Source: Terracidiphilus sp. (GTDB lineage: Bacteria > Acidobacteriota > Terriglobia > Terriglobales > Acidobacteriaceae). Taken from it: a stretch of DNA of 39,258 bases. The position numbers and the translations under genes were made by a program. The notes under the pieces are model-generated. The model searched no databases, was not told the DNA's origin, and worked only from the letters and a program-made list of their open reading frames with translations. Every line of letters starts with the position of its first letter. The stretch's first letter is position 1. Of the stretch, positions 8,864 through 17,580 are shown one piece after another. The stretch covers positions 1 through 39,258 of the forward strand of contig DASWZM010000126.1 in assembly GCA_036404455.1 (NCBI GenBank), written 5' to 3'.

Positions 8864-9565
8864 CTACTCCTTGCTGGACCGTCCCGCCGCCGTGCCCTTG
8901 GCCAGATCGCACGCCCGCCACAGGTACCAGCTCGCCACACTCCTGAACGGCGCCCACTTCTTTCCCCTTTTCAGCACCACCTCCGGTTTGGGCAGGTCTT
9001 CAGCCGCCAGCGCCCGCGTCTTCGGCAACCGCTGAAAGGTCAGCGCGAACCCCTTGCGCACCCCGTAGTCGCTCACCGGCAGCACATCCGGCCGTCCCAT
9101 GCGGAAAATCAGCAGCATCTCCACCGTCCACGGCCCTATCCCGCGCACCTCGGTCAGCCGCTCGATGATCTCCGCGTCAGCCATTCTTTTAATCGCCGCA
9201 TGAGTCGGCACCGTCCCATCCAGCGTCTTTGCCGCCAGGTCTTTCAACGCCCTGATCTTGTTCCCTGAAACCCCCGCCGCCCGCAACGGCTCATCCGGCG
9301 TGTCCAGCAGCAACTGCGGCGCCGGATCGCCTCCAAAATACTCCCTTACCCGGCGATGAATCGTAGCCGCCGCCTTGCCGTGCAACTGCTGGTAAAGGAT
9401 CGACTCCAGCAGCGACTCGAACGGCGAAGGCGCAGGATCGAGCCGCAGCGTGAACGGCCCGGCGCGCTCAATCAGCGCCCCCAGCTTGGCATCGCTGGCC
9501 TTCAAATGGTCGACCGCCTCGGCAGCATCAAAAGGAAGTTTCCTGCTCCGCCCGTCATGAATCAT
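8864..9565 (-). CDS. alkA: DNA-3-methyladenine glycosylase II (AlkA/HhH-GPD family, short form)
   Basis: ILYQQLHGKAAATI, HhH motif LTEVRGIGPWTVEM, DVLPVSDYGVR and WAPFRSVASWYLWR. Confidence 0.88.
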   Translation of the reverse strand: MIHDGRSRKLPFDAAEAVDHLKASDAKLGALIERAGPFTLRLDPAPSPFESLLESILYQQLHGKAAATIHRRVREYFGGDPAPQLLLDTPDEPLRAAGVSGNKIRALKDLAAKTLDGTVPTHAAIKRMADAEIIERLTEVRGIGPWTVEMLLIFRMGRPDVLPVSDYGVRKGFALTFQRLPKTRALAAEDLPKPEVVLKRGKKWAPFRSVASWYLWRACDLAKGTAAGRSSKE

Positions 9566-9851
9566 AATCAGGAGTCTATCGCATCCGTCGCAGGAGCCGA
9601 TACGATGCAGGACGGCGGATCGGTTTCCGAACCGCCGATGCTTTGGTGGCGGCTTCGTTCCCGGACAGAACGGCGTTTCAAGGGACCTATGTTGGCGATG
9701 CGTTTAAGGCCGCCAATCGGCTCTGGCTCGCTGCCCCTCTCCTCGATTTGGGAATCGACGAACTGGAGATATGGCCCAACTCGCCGTCCAAACGGATCAG
9801 GAAAACAGTGCCAAAGAGGGGCGAGGCGCGTACCCCGCCCCTCTTTGCCAG

Positions 9852-12011
9852 CTACGAGAGCAACACCGTGAACGAGTAATACATGGTTTCCTGGTAGTAG
9901 TCGTACTCCCCAAGGCAATTGACGATGTTGCGCTTATCGACGGTGAGGATCAATTCGTAGGCGCAGCTTTGGGGGAACAACGACGAGGCGTCCGGAATGG
10001 TGAGCGTCATGGTGCCGCCATTCCAGATCGGACGAACAGCGCCCTCGGCGATGGCATCGGCATAGCATGGCCCCACCTGAACGCCGATTGGGGCAGTAAG
10101 CCCACAGGTTGGGGGCGTTGTAAGACACCCGCAGGAAACCAGGGGCGTCGGGGGGTTTGTTCCCCATTGCAGGGTGAGCGAATAGGAATCGAGGAAGCCC
10201 TCCGCATCGCTCGCTGTGAAATTCACCGCGAAGGAGAACGGCGGGCCCTTCGGCAGTGTAAGGATGCCGCAGGGCGGCAGAGCGGAGCCGTTGAAGTAGA
10301 CGGAGTTGATCGCGGTGTCGGGATAGGTTTCGCCCAGCGTGGGGTTGGCGAAGTACAGCGTAAAGTCATTGTTGTAGTTGACCCCAAGCTTGCTCGGCTT
10401 TCCGCAGCCCGGCAGCGCCCCGTTGGACAGAATGGTTCCATCTGACTCCAGCGTGTAACCGACGATCTGGAATTCATACGGGCCATCGACAAAGAACCCG
10501 GCCGTCTCGATGGCCGCGACTTGATCGATGTTGTTTGTCCAAACCTGTCCTGTCAACGGGCTTCCCCAGTCGTTAGGCGGAGTGGGGTTGCTCAATTGAA
10601 AGAACTGGGGGCTCATGTAAACTTGAGCGAATTGCCCAGGCATCCCGGTAAGGGGAAGCGGGCCTGGCGCAAACACTGGGTTGAACCACTGAAACGGGAA
10701 AGACTTTGTGGCGTCGAAGTAGGTCATGCTGAAAGGCTGCAGAGCCGAAGCAGGCACCGGCAGCCAGGTCGACGTGCCCTCCGGACGATACTGGATCGCG
10801 TAGTAGTCGGCGTAATGCAGGTCAGAGGGCAAATAGCCAAATTGCCCGTATATGCCCACCAGTCCAGTGAACGGACGGTCTTCGGAGCCGGGATCCGCAA
10901 ATCCCGCCAGCGCGCCGGAGCCAGTAATTCCAATGTCCTCTGCGGCCACGGAGCAGGCCCCTGTGAAGAGGAAGCATGCGCCGTCGGGCTGTCCCGGTTG
11001 AGGCGGAATGGTGCAGGCATCGGAGTTGGCGGTGAGGGTTACGTTGAGGCTGGTCGGAATATCGATGCGCGCCTGCCAGACGTTCTCGTTGAGGATCACG
11101 TTATTCAAGCCGCCGCAGCTCTGGGTCACTTTGAAGATGATGTTCGGGTCGCAATCGAACCACGGTGTCCAGGGACACCAGGGCCACAGACAAAATCGCT
11201 CGAACTCCGGCACAGTGGGCAGCAGATTCACGAGCTTCTCGCGAACTGCAGAAAGGGTACTCGGATTGAGTTCCGGGACGGTCACGTTTGGCCGCGACAC
11301 TGCCTGGCGTAGCCGCCGCCCTGCTTGGTCTATGGGCGGCAGCGGCTGCGGGTTCAGCGCCGAGAAGCTCAACGACAGTTCCGGACTGGGAGGATTGACG
11401 CGTAGGCCTGGGTTGAGCTTCAAGACTGGCTGGATCTTATCTACCAGCACCGGATCGAGCCACCATTCCCGTAGCTCCCACCAGTACCACGGAAGCCAGC
11501 CGCAGCACCATGTGAATTCGATGGAGAAATATCCACTGGGGTCGGTGATTGCGGTGGGGCCGACCTGGCCGGTGGAGGACCACCACCAGAACCAGTCCAC
11601 GTTGTAAGCGGAGACCTGGGCGCTCGGAACCGGGTTTCCGTCGGTCCCGTACACATAGCCGCTGATGGTGAAGGTGCGGCACCAGATCAACCACAGCCTC
11701 CATATGGGAAGCGTGATCACGATGGGGTTGACCTTGTAGACCAGGTTCCCTTCTCCCGCCTGCGGGCGCACCGTGACAGTGGGTGTGTTGCGACGAAAAA
11801 GGTCCGGCGCAGATGTTGACTCCGGGCCGACAACGACGGTGACCGTGCCGGTTGTATCGAGCTCCAGTTCGGCTGTCGCACGGCCGGAAGTTACGTCGAC
11901 GACAGTGGATACGATCTCCTTACCGCTCTGCGCGGCCACCCGTAAGCGTTGCTTGCCGCGCTCTTCGGCGGGGATTCCGGACGCGTTGATTGGGACGTGG
12001 ATAATGCTCAT
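9852..12011 (-). CDS. Hypothetical 719-aa Cys/Trp/Pro-rich protein with a carboxypeptidase-regulatory/Ig-like domain
   Basis: Long ORF with an AGAGGAA RBS. The segment FTISGYVYGTDGNPVPSAQVSAY...ITDPSGYFSIEF fits a beta-sandwich signature. No signal peptide is visible. Confidence 0.85.
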   Translation of the reverse strand: MSIIHVPINASGIPAEERGKQRLRVAAQSGKEIVSTVVDVTSGRATAELELDTTGTVTVVVGPESTSAPDLFRRNTPTVTVRPQAGEGNLVYKVNPIVITLPIWRLWLIWCRTFTISGYVYGTDGNPVPSAQVSAYNVDWFWWWSSTGQVGPTAITDPSGYFSIEFTWCCGWLPWYWWELREWWLDPVLVDKIQPVLKLNPGLRVNPPSPELSLSFSALNPQPLPPIDQAGRRLRQAVSRPNVTVPELNPSTLSAVREKLVNLLPTVPEFERFCLWPWCPWTPWFDCDPNIIFKVTQSCGGLNNVILNENVWQARIDIPTSLNVTLTANSDACTIPPQPGQPDGACFLFTGACSVAAEDIGITGSGALAGFADPGSEDRPFTGLVGIYGQFGYLPSDLHYADYYAIQYRPEGTSTWLPVPASALQPFSMTYFDATKSFPFQWFNPVFAPGPLPLTGMPGQFAQVYMSPQFFQLSNPTPPNDWGSPLTGQVWTNNIDQVAAIETAGFFVDGPYEFQIVGYTLESDGTILSNGALPGCGKPSKLGVNYNNDFTLYFANPTLGETYPDTAINSVYFNGSALPPCGILTLPKGPPFSFAVNFTASDAEGFLDSYSLTLQWGTNPPTPLVSCGCLTTPPTCGLTAPIGVQVGPCYADAIAEGAVRPIWNGGTMTLTIPDASSLFPQSCAYELILTVDKRNIVNCLGEYDYYQETMYYSFTVLLS

Positions 12012-12087
12012 GATTCCTCTTTTCGTAGGGGGGTTAAGTTGCGGTTGGGGAAGGTGCGGCGGGGTCGAACCACGCAGCGGAATCTGG

Positions 12088-12363
12088 TTAGAGAACGGGC
12101 CTCAGGCCGGGAACGGAAACCAGGGACGGCGCGTCGGAACCGTGCACGGATAAGCGCGCGCCCTTTGCCGAAAAGCGGTAGGTTGCGCCGGTAGCGGGCC
12201 CGGTAACCACAATCGGGGCGGCGCCGTTGAACTCGAAGGTGACGTGCTTTACGGGCACACTGCCCCTCGCGCTTGCCCCGGCGGATGCGCGTCCGCGCGC
12301 CGCGCCGGGCAAAGACTGGTAACTCGTGCGTTGCGCGGCGCGATGGCCGCCACAGCAGGACAT
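12088..12363 (-). CDS. Small hypothetical protein (91 aa) starting MSCCGG
   Basis: ATG at 12363 with a GGAGA RBS that overlaps the upstream stop codon. The C-terminal part FEFNGAAPIVVTGPATGATYRF...VHGSDAPSLVSVPGL looks protein-like. It is the 3' part of listed ORF 12088..12762. Confidence 0.78.
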   Translation of the reverse strand: MSCCGGHRAAQRTSYQSLPGAARGRASAGASARGSVPVKHVTFEFNGAAPIVVTGPATGATYRFSAKGARLSVHGSDAPSLVSVPGLRPVL

Positions 12364-12374
12364 TGCCGGTTCTC

Positions 12375-12731
12375 CTATTCTGGCGGCGAAACGGATTCCT
12401 CGCGCCACTCGGCTGGGGCCGCGGAAAGATTCCGTGTGGAGGTGATGCGCTCCAACAGAATCGCCGCTCCCGAAATGGCCATCCACGCTATGGCGCGGTC
12501 CGGCCATGTTGCGCCGATCCAGCTGCCAAGCGGAAGGGCAATCCAAATGCTCAGGCAATAAAAGCAATCGAGGATCTGGCCGGCAAAAGAACTGCCCGCC
12601 AGTTTCCGCAACCGAACGAAGCAGTTCCAAGGCCCATCTTCGCCCCACAGCAGATGCGTCAGCCGCCAGGCAGCGAGGGAGGCGATCAGCACATCCGTGA
12701 GCGATAACTTGAAGCCCCACGAACTTTGCAT
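12375..12731 (-). CDS. DUF1360-like membrane protein with CxxC motif
   Basis: LAAWRLTHLLWGEDGP...RLR...ILDCFYCLSIWIA plus hydrophobic helices match the DUF1360 pattern. The exact start is uncertain. Confidence 0.78.
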   Translation of the reverse strand: MQSSWGFKLSLTDVLIASLAAWRLTHLLWGEDGPWNCFVRLRKLAGSSFAGQILDCFYCLSIWIALPLGSWIGATWPDRAIAWMAISGAAILLERITSTRNLSAAPAEWREESVSPPE

Positions 12732-13425
12732 CGTTGAACCCTTGGTGAAGCCGGAAAGGCAAATCGTTTCAGCCAGGCGCGGGGAACGTTCAAAGGGGAA
12801 GCCGGCTTGGATTGGCGCGATTTGTGGCGCTGTACTCTTAATCGTGAACGGACGGGATTTCCCTTTTAGAAATCCCAGGGCAATCGCTCAAGACTGCTCT
12901 TGAGTTGAGGAGTTGTTCGAGACAACGGCCGGCAAGCGGCAGGAATTTGTCAGGGGGCGGATGCTGAGAACGCGCTAGGGTCTCGCGGACGGCCCGCCTT
13001 CTAACGAACCTGGGTGCACCCAGGATTTCGTGATGGACTCTGGTTTCGGTTCGGGATGATTGTCGACCAGTCACAGCCAAGAGTCAAGTGAAAACAATGT
13101 GATCTCCAGTCTCGTTATCTGCTTGATGTATGCCGTCATGTCCCGTCTGATTCGTTTCTTCGATATGAGGGCGCTTGGTGACATCCTAGCTATGCCAGCG
13201 CACGGCCGAGCCTCGGATGCGCCAACCCCTCATCACGTTTTTGCTCTTAGCTGCGATCGGGAATGGCAAGTCGGCTATTGGCAAGCGCTCTTCATGTTTG
13301 CCGCCGATTGCAGGCGGATTACGGACAAACCGCAAACAGACCAATCGCACTATCAGGCGTTGGCCCTTCGATGCCGCCCAGGAGTGGTACACTCCGAGCG
13401 ATTCGCTGCAAGAAGGAAACTCCCC

Positions 13426-15516
13426 ATGAAACGTCGCGACTTTGTGAAAGCCATCTCCGCCGCGGGAACCGGCCTGCTTCTCCGCCCAGGCTCACCGCTT
13501 TCTCTCCATGCCCAGGAAATCCAGCCGGACCCCGCCGTCAAGCGCGTTCTCGTCATGTTCAAGTGCCACTTCGACGCCGGATTCATTGACACCCAGGCCA
13601 ACGTCGTCCACAAATACTTTACCCAATACTTCCCCCACGCCATCGAGATTGCCCGCGCCGCAAACGCCTCGGGCAAACGCCGTTATGTGTGGACCACCGG
13701 CTCCTGGCTGCTCTTCGAATACCTTGAGCAGGCCTCGCCCGCGGACCGCAAGACGATGGAACAGGCCATCGCCCGCCGTGACATCGCCTGGCACGCTCTC
13801 CCCTTCACCTGGCAGACCGAGTTGCTCAGCCAATCCATGATCGAGGGCAGTCTCGCGTTATCGCAGTCCCTCGACCGCCGCTTCGGCGTCGTCACCACCG
13901 GCGCCAAGATGACCGACGTCCCGGGCCACACCCGCGCCATCATTCCGCCGCTGGCCAAACACGGCATCAACTTCCTCGAAATCGGCGTCAACGACGCTTC
14001 CACGCCCGCCCAGTTGCCTCCCATCTTCCTCTGGATGGACCCATCCGGCGCGAGTCTGCCCCTCATGTATCATCTCGCATACGGCGGCATCGCCCGCGTC
14101 CCCGGCTCCGATCTCGCGGTGGCAACCAGGGTGCGGGGAGATAACAGCGGCCCGCACACTCCCGATGAAATCGCCGCCATTCACGCCGATCTCGCCGCCC
14201 AATTCCCCAACGCCGAAATCTCCGCCGCCACCCTCTCTGACATCGCCAACGCCGTCAACCCGCATCGTGCCAGCCTGCCCATCGTCACCCAGGAAATTGG
14301 CGATACCTGGATCCACGGATGTTCCAGCGATCCGCTGAAAGTCGCCCGCTATCGCGAAGTGTCGCGCCTGCGCAATGCTTGGATCGCCCAGGGCGCCTTT
14401 CAAACCGGAGACGCAACCGACCTTGCCCTGCTGCGCCACCTCTTGCTCGAAGTCGAGCACACCTGGGGCACCGACACCAAGACCTGGCTGGACTTCGACA
14501 ATTACAAGCCCGCCGATCTGGCCCGTATGCTGGACACAAAGAATTACAAGATCGTCCAGTTCAGTTGGGATGAGAAGCGTCAGGACCTGCTCGACGGCGT
14601 CGCCACGCTGCCCGCAAATCTGCGCGGCCAGGCCCGGCACGCCATCGAAAACCTCAACCCCGCCGAGCCAAAACCCTTCTCCCAGGCCGCCGCCCATCCT
14701 GCCGGACAGCCGATCGAAACCACGCATTTCATCCTCGGAATCGATCCGCAAACCGGGGCCATCACCCGGCTCCGCAACAAGACGACTGGCCGCGAATGGG
14801 CAAGCCAGGCCAACCCCATCGCGCTCTTCACCTACCAGACGCTTTCCAAAGAGGACTATGACCGCTTCATGGCCGTCTACCTGAAATCCAAAGCGGATTG
14901 GGCCTTCAAAGACTTCGGCAAGCCGAACATCGAGAGGTTCGGAGCAGAGAGCCGGCAGTGGCAGCCGGGCTCAGCCGTGGTTCATGAAGAAGAGACAGCC
15001 GATGCCCACCGCATCCTCGCCAGCCTGCAATTCCAGGACGAAGAGGCATTTCAATCCGGACGCGCCTCTTTCCCGCGCAAAGTCTTCATCGAGCTGCTGC
15101 TGCCCAAGGTTGAACCGGTCATCCATCTCAACCTGTCCTGGTTTCAGAAGCCCGCAACCCGCCTCCCTGAAGCCATCTGGCTCACCTTCAACCCCATCGC
15201 CGAAGACCAGAAGGGCTGGACACTCGAAAAATCCGGTGAGCCCGTCTCGCCCTTCGACGTCGCAACTTCCGGCAATCGCCACATGCACGCCCTCTCCAAA
15301 GGCTTCGAATACCGTCGGCCCGGCCACATCTTCGCCGTCGACACCCTCGACGCGCCGGTCGTCGCCCTGGGCGAAAGAACGCCATTAGGCTTCTCGAACA
15401 CCCAGCCCGGCCTGAGCTCCGGAATCCACTCCAGTCTCTACAACAACGCCTGGGGCACCAACTACATCATGTGGTACGGCGAAGACATGCGCTTCCGCTT
15501 CATCTTGAGGGCCTGA
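13426..15516 (+). CDS. Tat-exported DUF5054 (GH38-like) putative glycoside hydrolase
   Basis: Twin-arginine leader MKRRDFVKA after an AAGGA RBS; FKCHFDAGF, WHALPF, DVPGHT, EIGDTWIHG, EHTWG and NNAWGTNYIMW. Confidence 0.83.
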   Translation: MKRRDFVKAISAAGTGLLLRPGSPLSLHAQEIQPDPAVKRVLVMFKCHFDAGFIDTQANVVHKYFTQYFPHAIEIARAANASGKRRYVWTTGSWLLFEYLEQASPADRKTMEQAIARRDIAWHALPFTWQTELLSQSMIEGSLALSQSLDRRFGVVTTGAKMTDVPGHTRAIIPPLAKHGINFLEIGVNDASTPAQLPPIFLWMDPSGASLPLMYHLAYGGIARVPGSDLAVATRVRGDNSGPHTPDEIAAIHADLAAQFPNAEISAATLSDIANAVNPHRASLPIVTQEIGDTWIHGCSSDPLKVARYREVSRLRNAWIAQGAFQTGDATDLALLRHLLLEVEHTWGTDTKTWLDFDNYKPADLARMLDTKNYKIVQFSWDEKRQDLLDGVATLPANLRGQARHAIENLNPAEPKPFSQAAAHPAGQPIETTHFILGIDPQTGAITRLRNKTTGREWASQANPIALFTYQTLSKEDYDRFMAVYLKSKADWAFKDFGKPNIERFGAESRQWQPGSAVVHEEETADAHRILASLQFQDEEAFQSGRASFPRKVFIELLLPKVEPVIHLNLSWFQKPATRLPEAIWLTFNPIAEDQKGWTLEKSGEPVSPFDVATSGNRHMHALSKGFEYRRPGHIFAVDTLDAPVVALGERTPLGFSNTQPGLSSGIHSSLYNNAWGTNYIMWYGEDMRFRFILRA

Positions 15517-15693
15517 AGCAACCCCTCGCCACCAGCCATCCCCAAGCGCAATTCGCCGACCGGGAACAATCTCAACTAAATTCCCAACTGCACCCGCCCA
15601 CCACTCGAAAATGGGGCGCATCGCCCCCTCGCATACCCTCAACCCGCCCCGTCTGTGTACCATCAAGAGCGTAGGGTCAGGAGCACCAACGCC

Positions 15694-17139
15694 ATGAAGA
15701 TGCGTCCAGGCACACAAACGGGATTTCTGCTCTGCGGCAAGGAATGGATCGAAGGCGAATCGCTCGAAGTCCGCTCGCCCTGGGATCAGGGCCTTGTCGG
15801 CCGCGTCACCATCGCCACGCGCGCCGACGCCCGCCAGGCCGTCAACCACGCCGTCGCCAGCCTCCGCCGCACCCGCGCCCTGCCTCGCTGGAAGCGCCGC
15901 GAAATCCTCGAAGACGTAGCCGCCGCCCTCATCGACCAGAAGGAGCGCTTCGCCCAGCTCATCGTCGCCGAGGCCGGCAAGCCCGTCCGCCTCGCCCGCT
16001 CTGAAGTCGATCGCGCCGTCCTCACCTTCAAGACCGCCGCCGAAGAAGCCGCCCGCCTCGGCGGAGAAAGCCTTCCCCTCGACCTCACCGAGGGAAACGA
16101 AGGCCGTTGGGGACTCGTGCAGCGCTTCCCCATCGGCCCCGTCCTGGCCATCACCCCATTCAACTTCCCCTTGAACCTCGTCGCCCACAAGCTCGCCCCC
16201 GCCATGGCCGCCGGCTGTCCTGTCATCCTCAAGCCCGCTCCGCAAGCCCTTTTTACCGCCCTCGCTCTCGGCGAAGTCATTCTCAAGGCAGGCTGGCCCC
16301 AGGAAGCGCTCGCCGTCCTCTCCCTCTCCAACGCTGACACCGCCTGGCTCGCCGAAAAGGAGGACCGCATCAAGCTGGTCAGCTTCACCGGCTCGGCCAA
16401 AGTCGGCTGGGAGCTCAAGGCCCACTCCGGCCGCAAGCGCGTCCTGCTCGAACTCGGCGGCAACGCCGCCCTCATCGTCCACAGCGACTGGCCCGACCTC
16501 GACGAAGCCGCTCTCCGCACCGCCCACGCCGCCTTCGGTTACGCCGGCCAGTCCTGCATCAGCGTCCAGCGCGTCTTTGTCGAGCGCAACATCTTCCAGA
16601 CCTTCTTGTGGAAGGTCGTCGAACACACCGCCAAGCTGGTCTCAGGCAACCCCTCCGACGAAGCCACTGAAGTTGGCCCGCTCATCCGTCTCAGCGAAGC
16701 CGAGCGCATCGAGACCTGGGTCCGCGAAGCCGTCGAAGGCGGCGCCAAGCTCATCGCCGGCGGTGAGCGTCACGGCTCTGTCGTCACCCCCGTCATCCTC
16801 ACCGCCACCAAGCCCGGCATGAAGGTCCGCGACGAAGAGGTCTTCGGTCCCGTCGTCGCCATCGAGCCCTACGAAGACTTCGAGCAAGCCCTCGCCGACG
16901 TCAACCACTCCAAATATGGATTGCAAGCCGGCCTTCTAACCCGCGACGCCGGCCGCATCCTCACCGCCTATCGCGAACTCGAAGTAGGCGCCCTCATCGT
17001 CGGCGACACCCCCGCCTGGCGTCTCGACCCCATGCCCTACGGCGGCGTCAAAGACAGCGGCCAAGGCCGCGAAGGCATAAAATCCGCCATCGAAGAAATG
17101 ACCGAACCCAGAATGCTGGTAATGGCCAACATCAGCTAG
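15694..17139 (+). CDS. NAD(P)-dependent aldehyde dehydrogenase
   Basis: ITPFNFP, FTGS, LELGGNA (catalytic Glu), GQSCISVQR (catalytic Cys), EEVFGP and PYGGVKDSG; AGGAG RBS upstream. Confidence 0.93.
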   Translation: MKMRPGTQTGFLLCGKEWIEGESLEVRSPWDQGLVGRVTIATRADARQAVNHAVASLRRTRALPRWKRREILEDVAAALIDQKERFAQLIVAEAGKPVRLARSEVDRAVLTFKTAAEEAARLGGESLPLDLTEGNEGRWGLVQRFPIGPVLAITPFNFPLNLVAHKLAPAMAAGCPVILKPAPQALFTALALGEVILKAGWPQEALAVLSLSNADTAWLAEKEDRIKLVSFTGSAKVGWELKAHSGRKRVLLELGGNAALIVHSDWPDLDEAALRTAHAAFGYAGQSCISVQRVFVERNIFQTFLWKVVEHTAKLVSGNPSDEATEVGPLIRLSEAERIETWVREAVEGGAKLIAGGERHGSVVTPVILTATKPGMKVRDEEVFGPVVAIEPYEDFEQALADVNHSKYGLQAGLLTRDAGRILTAYRELEVGALIVGDTPAWRLDPMPYGGVKDSGQGREGIKSAIEEMTEPRMLVMANIS

Positions 17140-17153
17140 CTAGATCAGGTTTT

Positions 17154-17176
17154 AGGGGCAAGATCCGCCCTTTTTT
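17154..17176 (+). terminator. Possible weak intrinsic terminator after the aldehyde dehydrogenase
   Basis: AGGGGC-AAGATCC-GCCCTT stem-loop running into a T6 tract, 15 nt after the stop codon. Confidence 0.45.
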
Positions 17177-17273
17177 GGTTATTGAAAATACGCTCCCTCA
17201 AGGGCTACAGCAAAACCACGGAAGACGTACCCTGGAGCCCAACCCGGAGCCCGGCTCCACGCAAACAAAAAAA

Positions 17274-17329
17274 CGCCCCCCGGTTACGCTTGCCTGGATG
17301 GTTTCCAGGTCTGGCCAACCGGAGGGGCG
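17274..17329 (-). ncRNA. Structured RNA candidate resembling the Acido-Lenti-1 motif
   Basis: Minus strand reads CGCCCCTCCGGTT-GGCCAGA-CCTGGA-AACCA-TCCAGG-CAAGCGT-AACCGGGGGGCG then T7. This gives an outer 12-bp stem, an internal loop and an inner 6-bp stem. The family assignment is from memory only. Confidence 0.55.
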
Positions 17330-17528
17330 AGGAGCCGCAATCACAAGAAAATGGCTGTCCAGCATTCCGCTCGAGTCGGATCGCTCCGCCTCACAGGAAT
17401 CTGCCTTGGGCTCACTTTCTGGACCGCAACAAATATATCGGCTGCGTTCCGCCCGCAACAGGTTCCATCGGGTACCATCTCCGCCAGGCCAACACTAAAT
17501 CCTTATTACCATTCAGTTTAATACCCTG

Positions 17529-17557
17529 TAGACAAGCGTCTTTCTCGTACGTATGAT
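17529..17557 (+). promoter_or_regulatory. Sigma70-type promoter
   Basis: TAGACA (17529-17534), 17-nt spacer, TATGAT (17552-17557). Confidence 0.65.
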
Positions 17558-17580
17558 ACGCAATGCTGAAGGAGTTGGGA

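Noticed and set aside
9568-9918. 116-aa ORF as a possible fourth gene of the Cys-rich operon
   Set aside because: It overlaps the 3' end of the 719-aa gene, has no clear RBS and runs over the alkA -10 box; nothing supports it.
12364-12762. N-terminal extension of listed ORF 12088..12762
   Set aside because: It overlaps the DUF1360-like gene in another frame; the RBS-supported start is 12363.
13060-13425. 122-aa N-terminal extension of the DUF5054 ORF
   Set aside because: The Tat leader and RBS place the start at 13426.
15385-16626. 413-aa minus-strand ORF
   Set aside because: Antisense to the aldehyde dehydrogenase, a common shadow frame.
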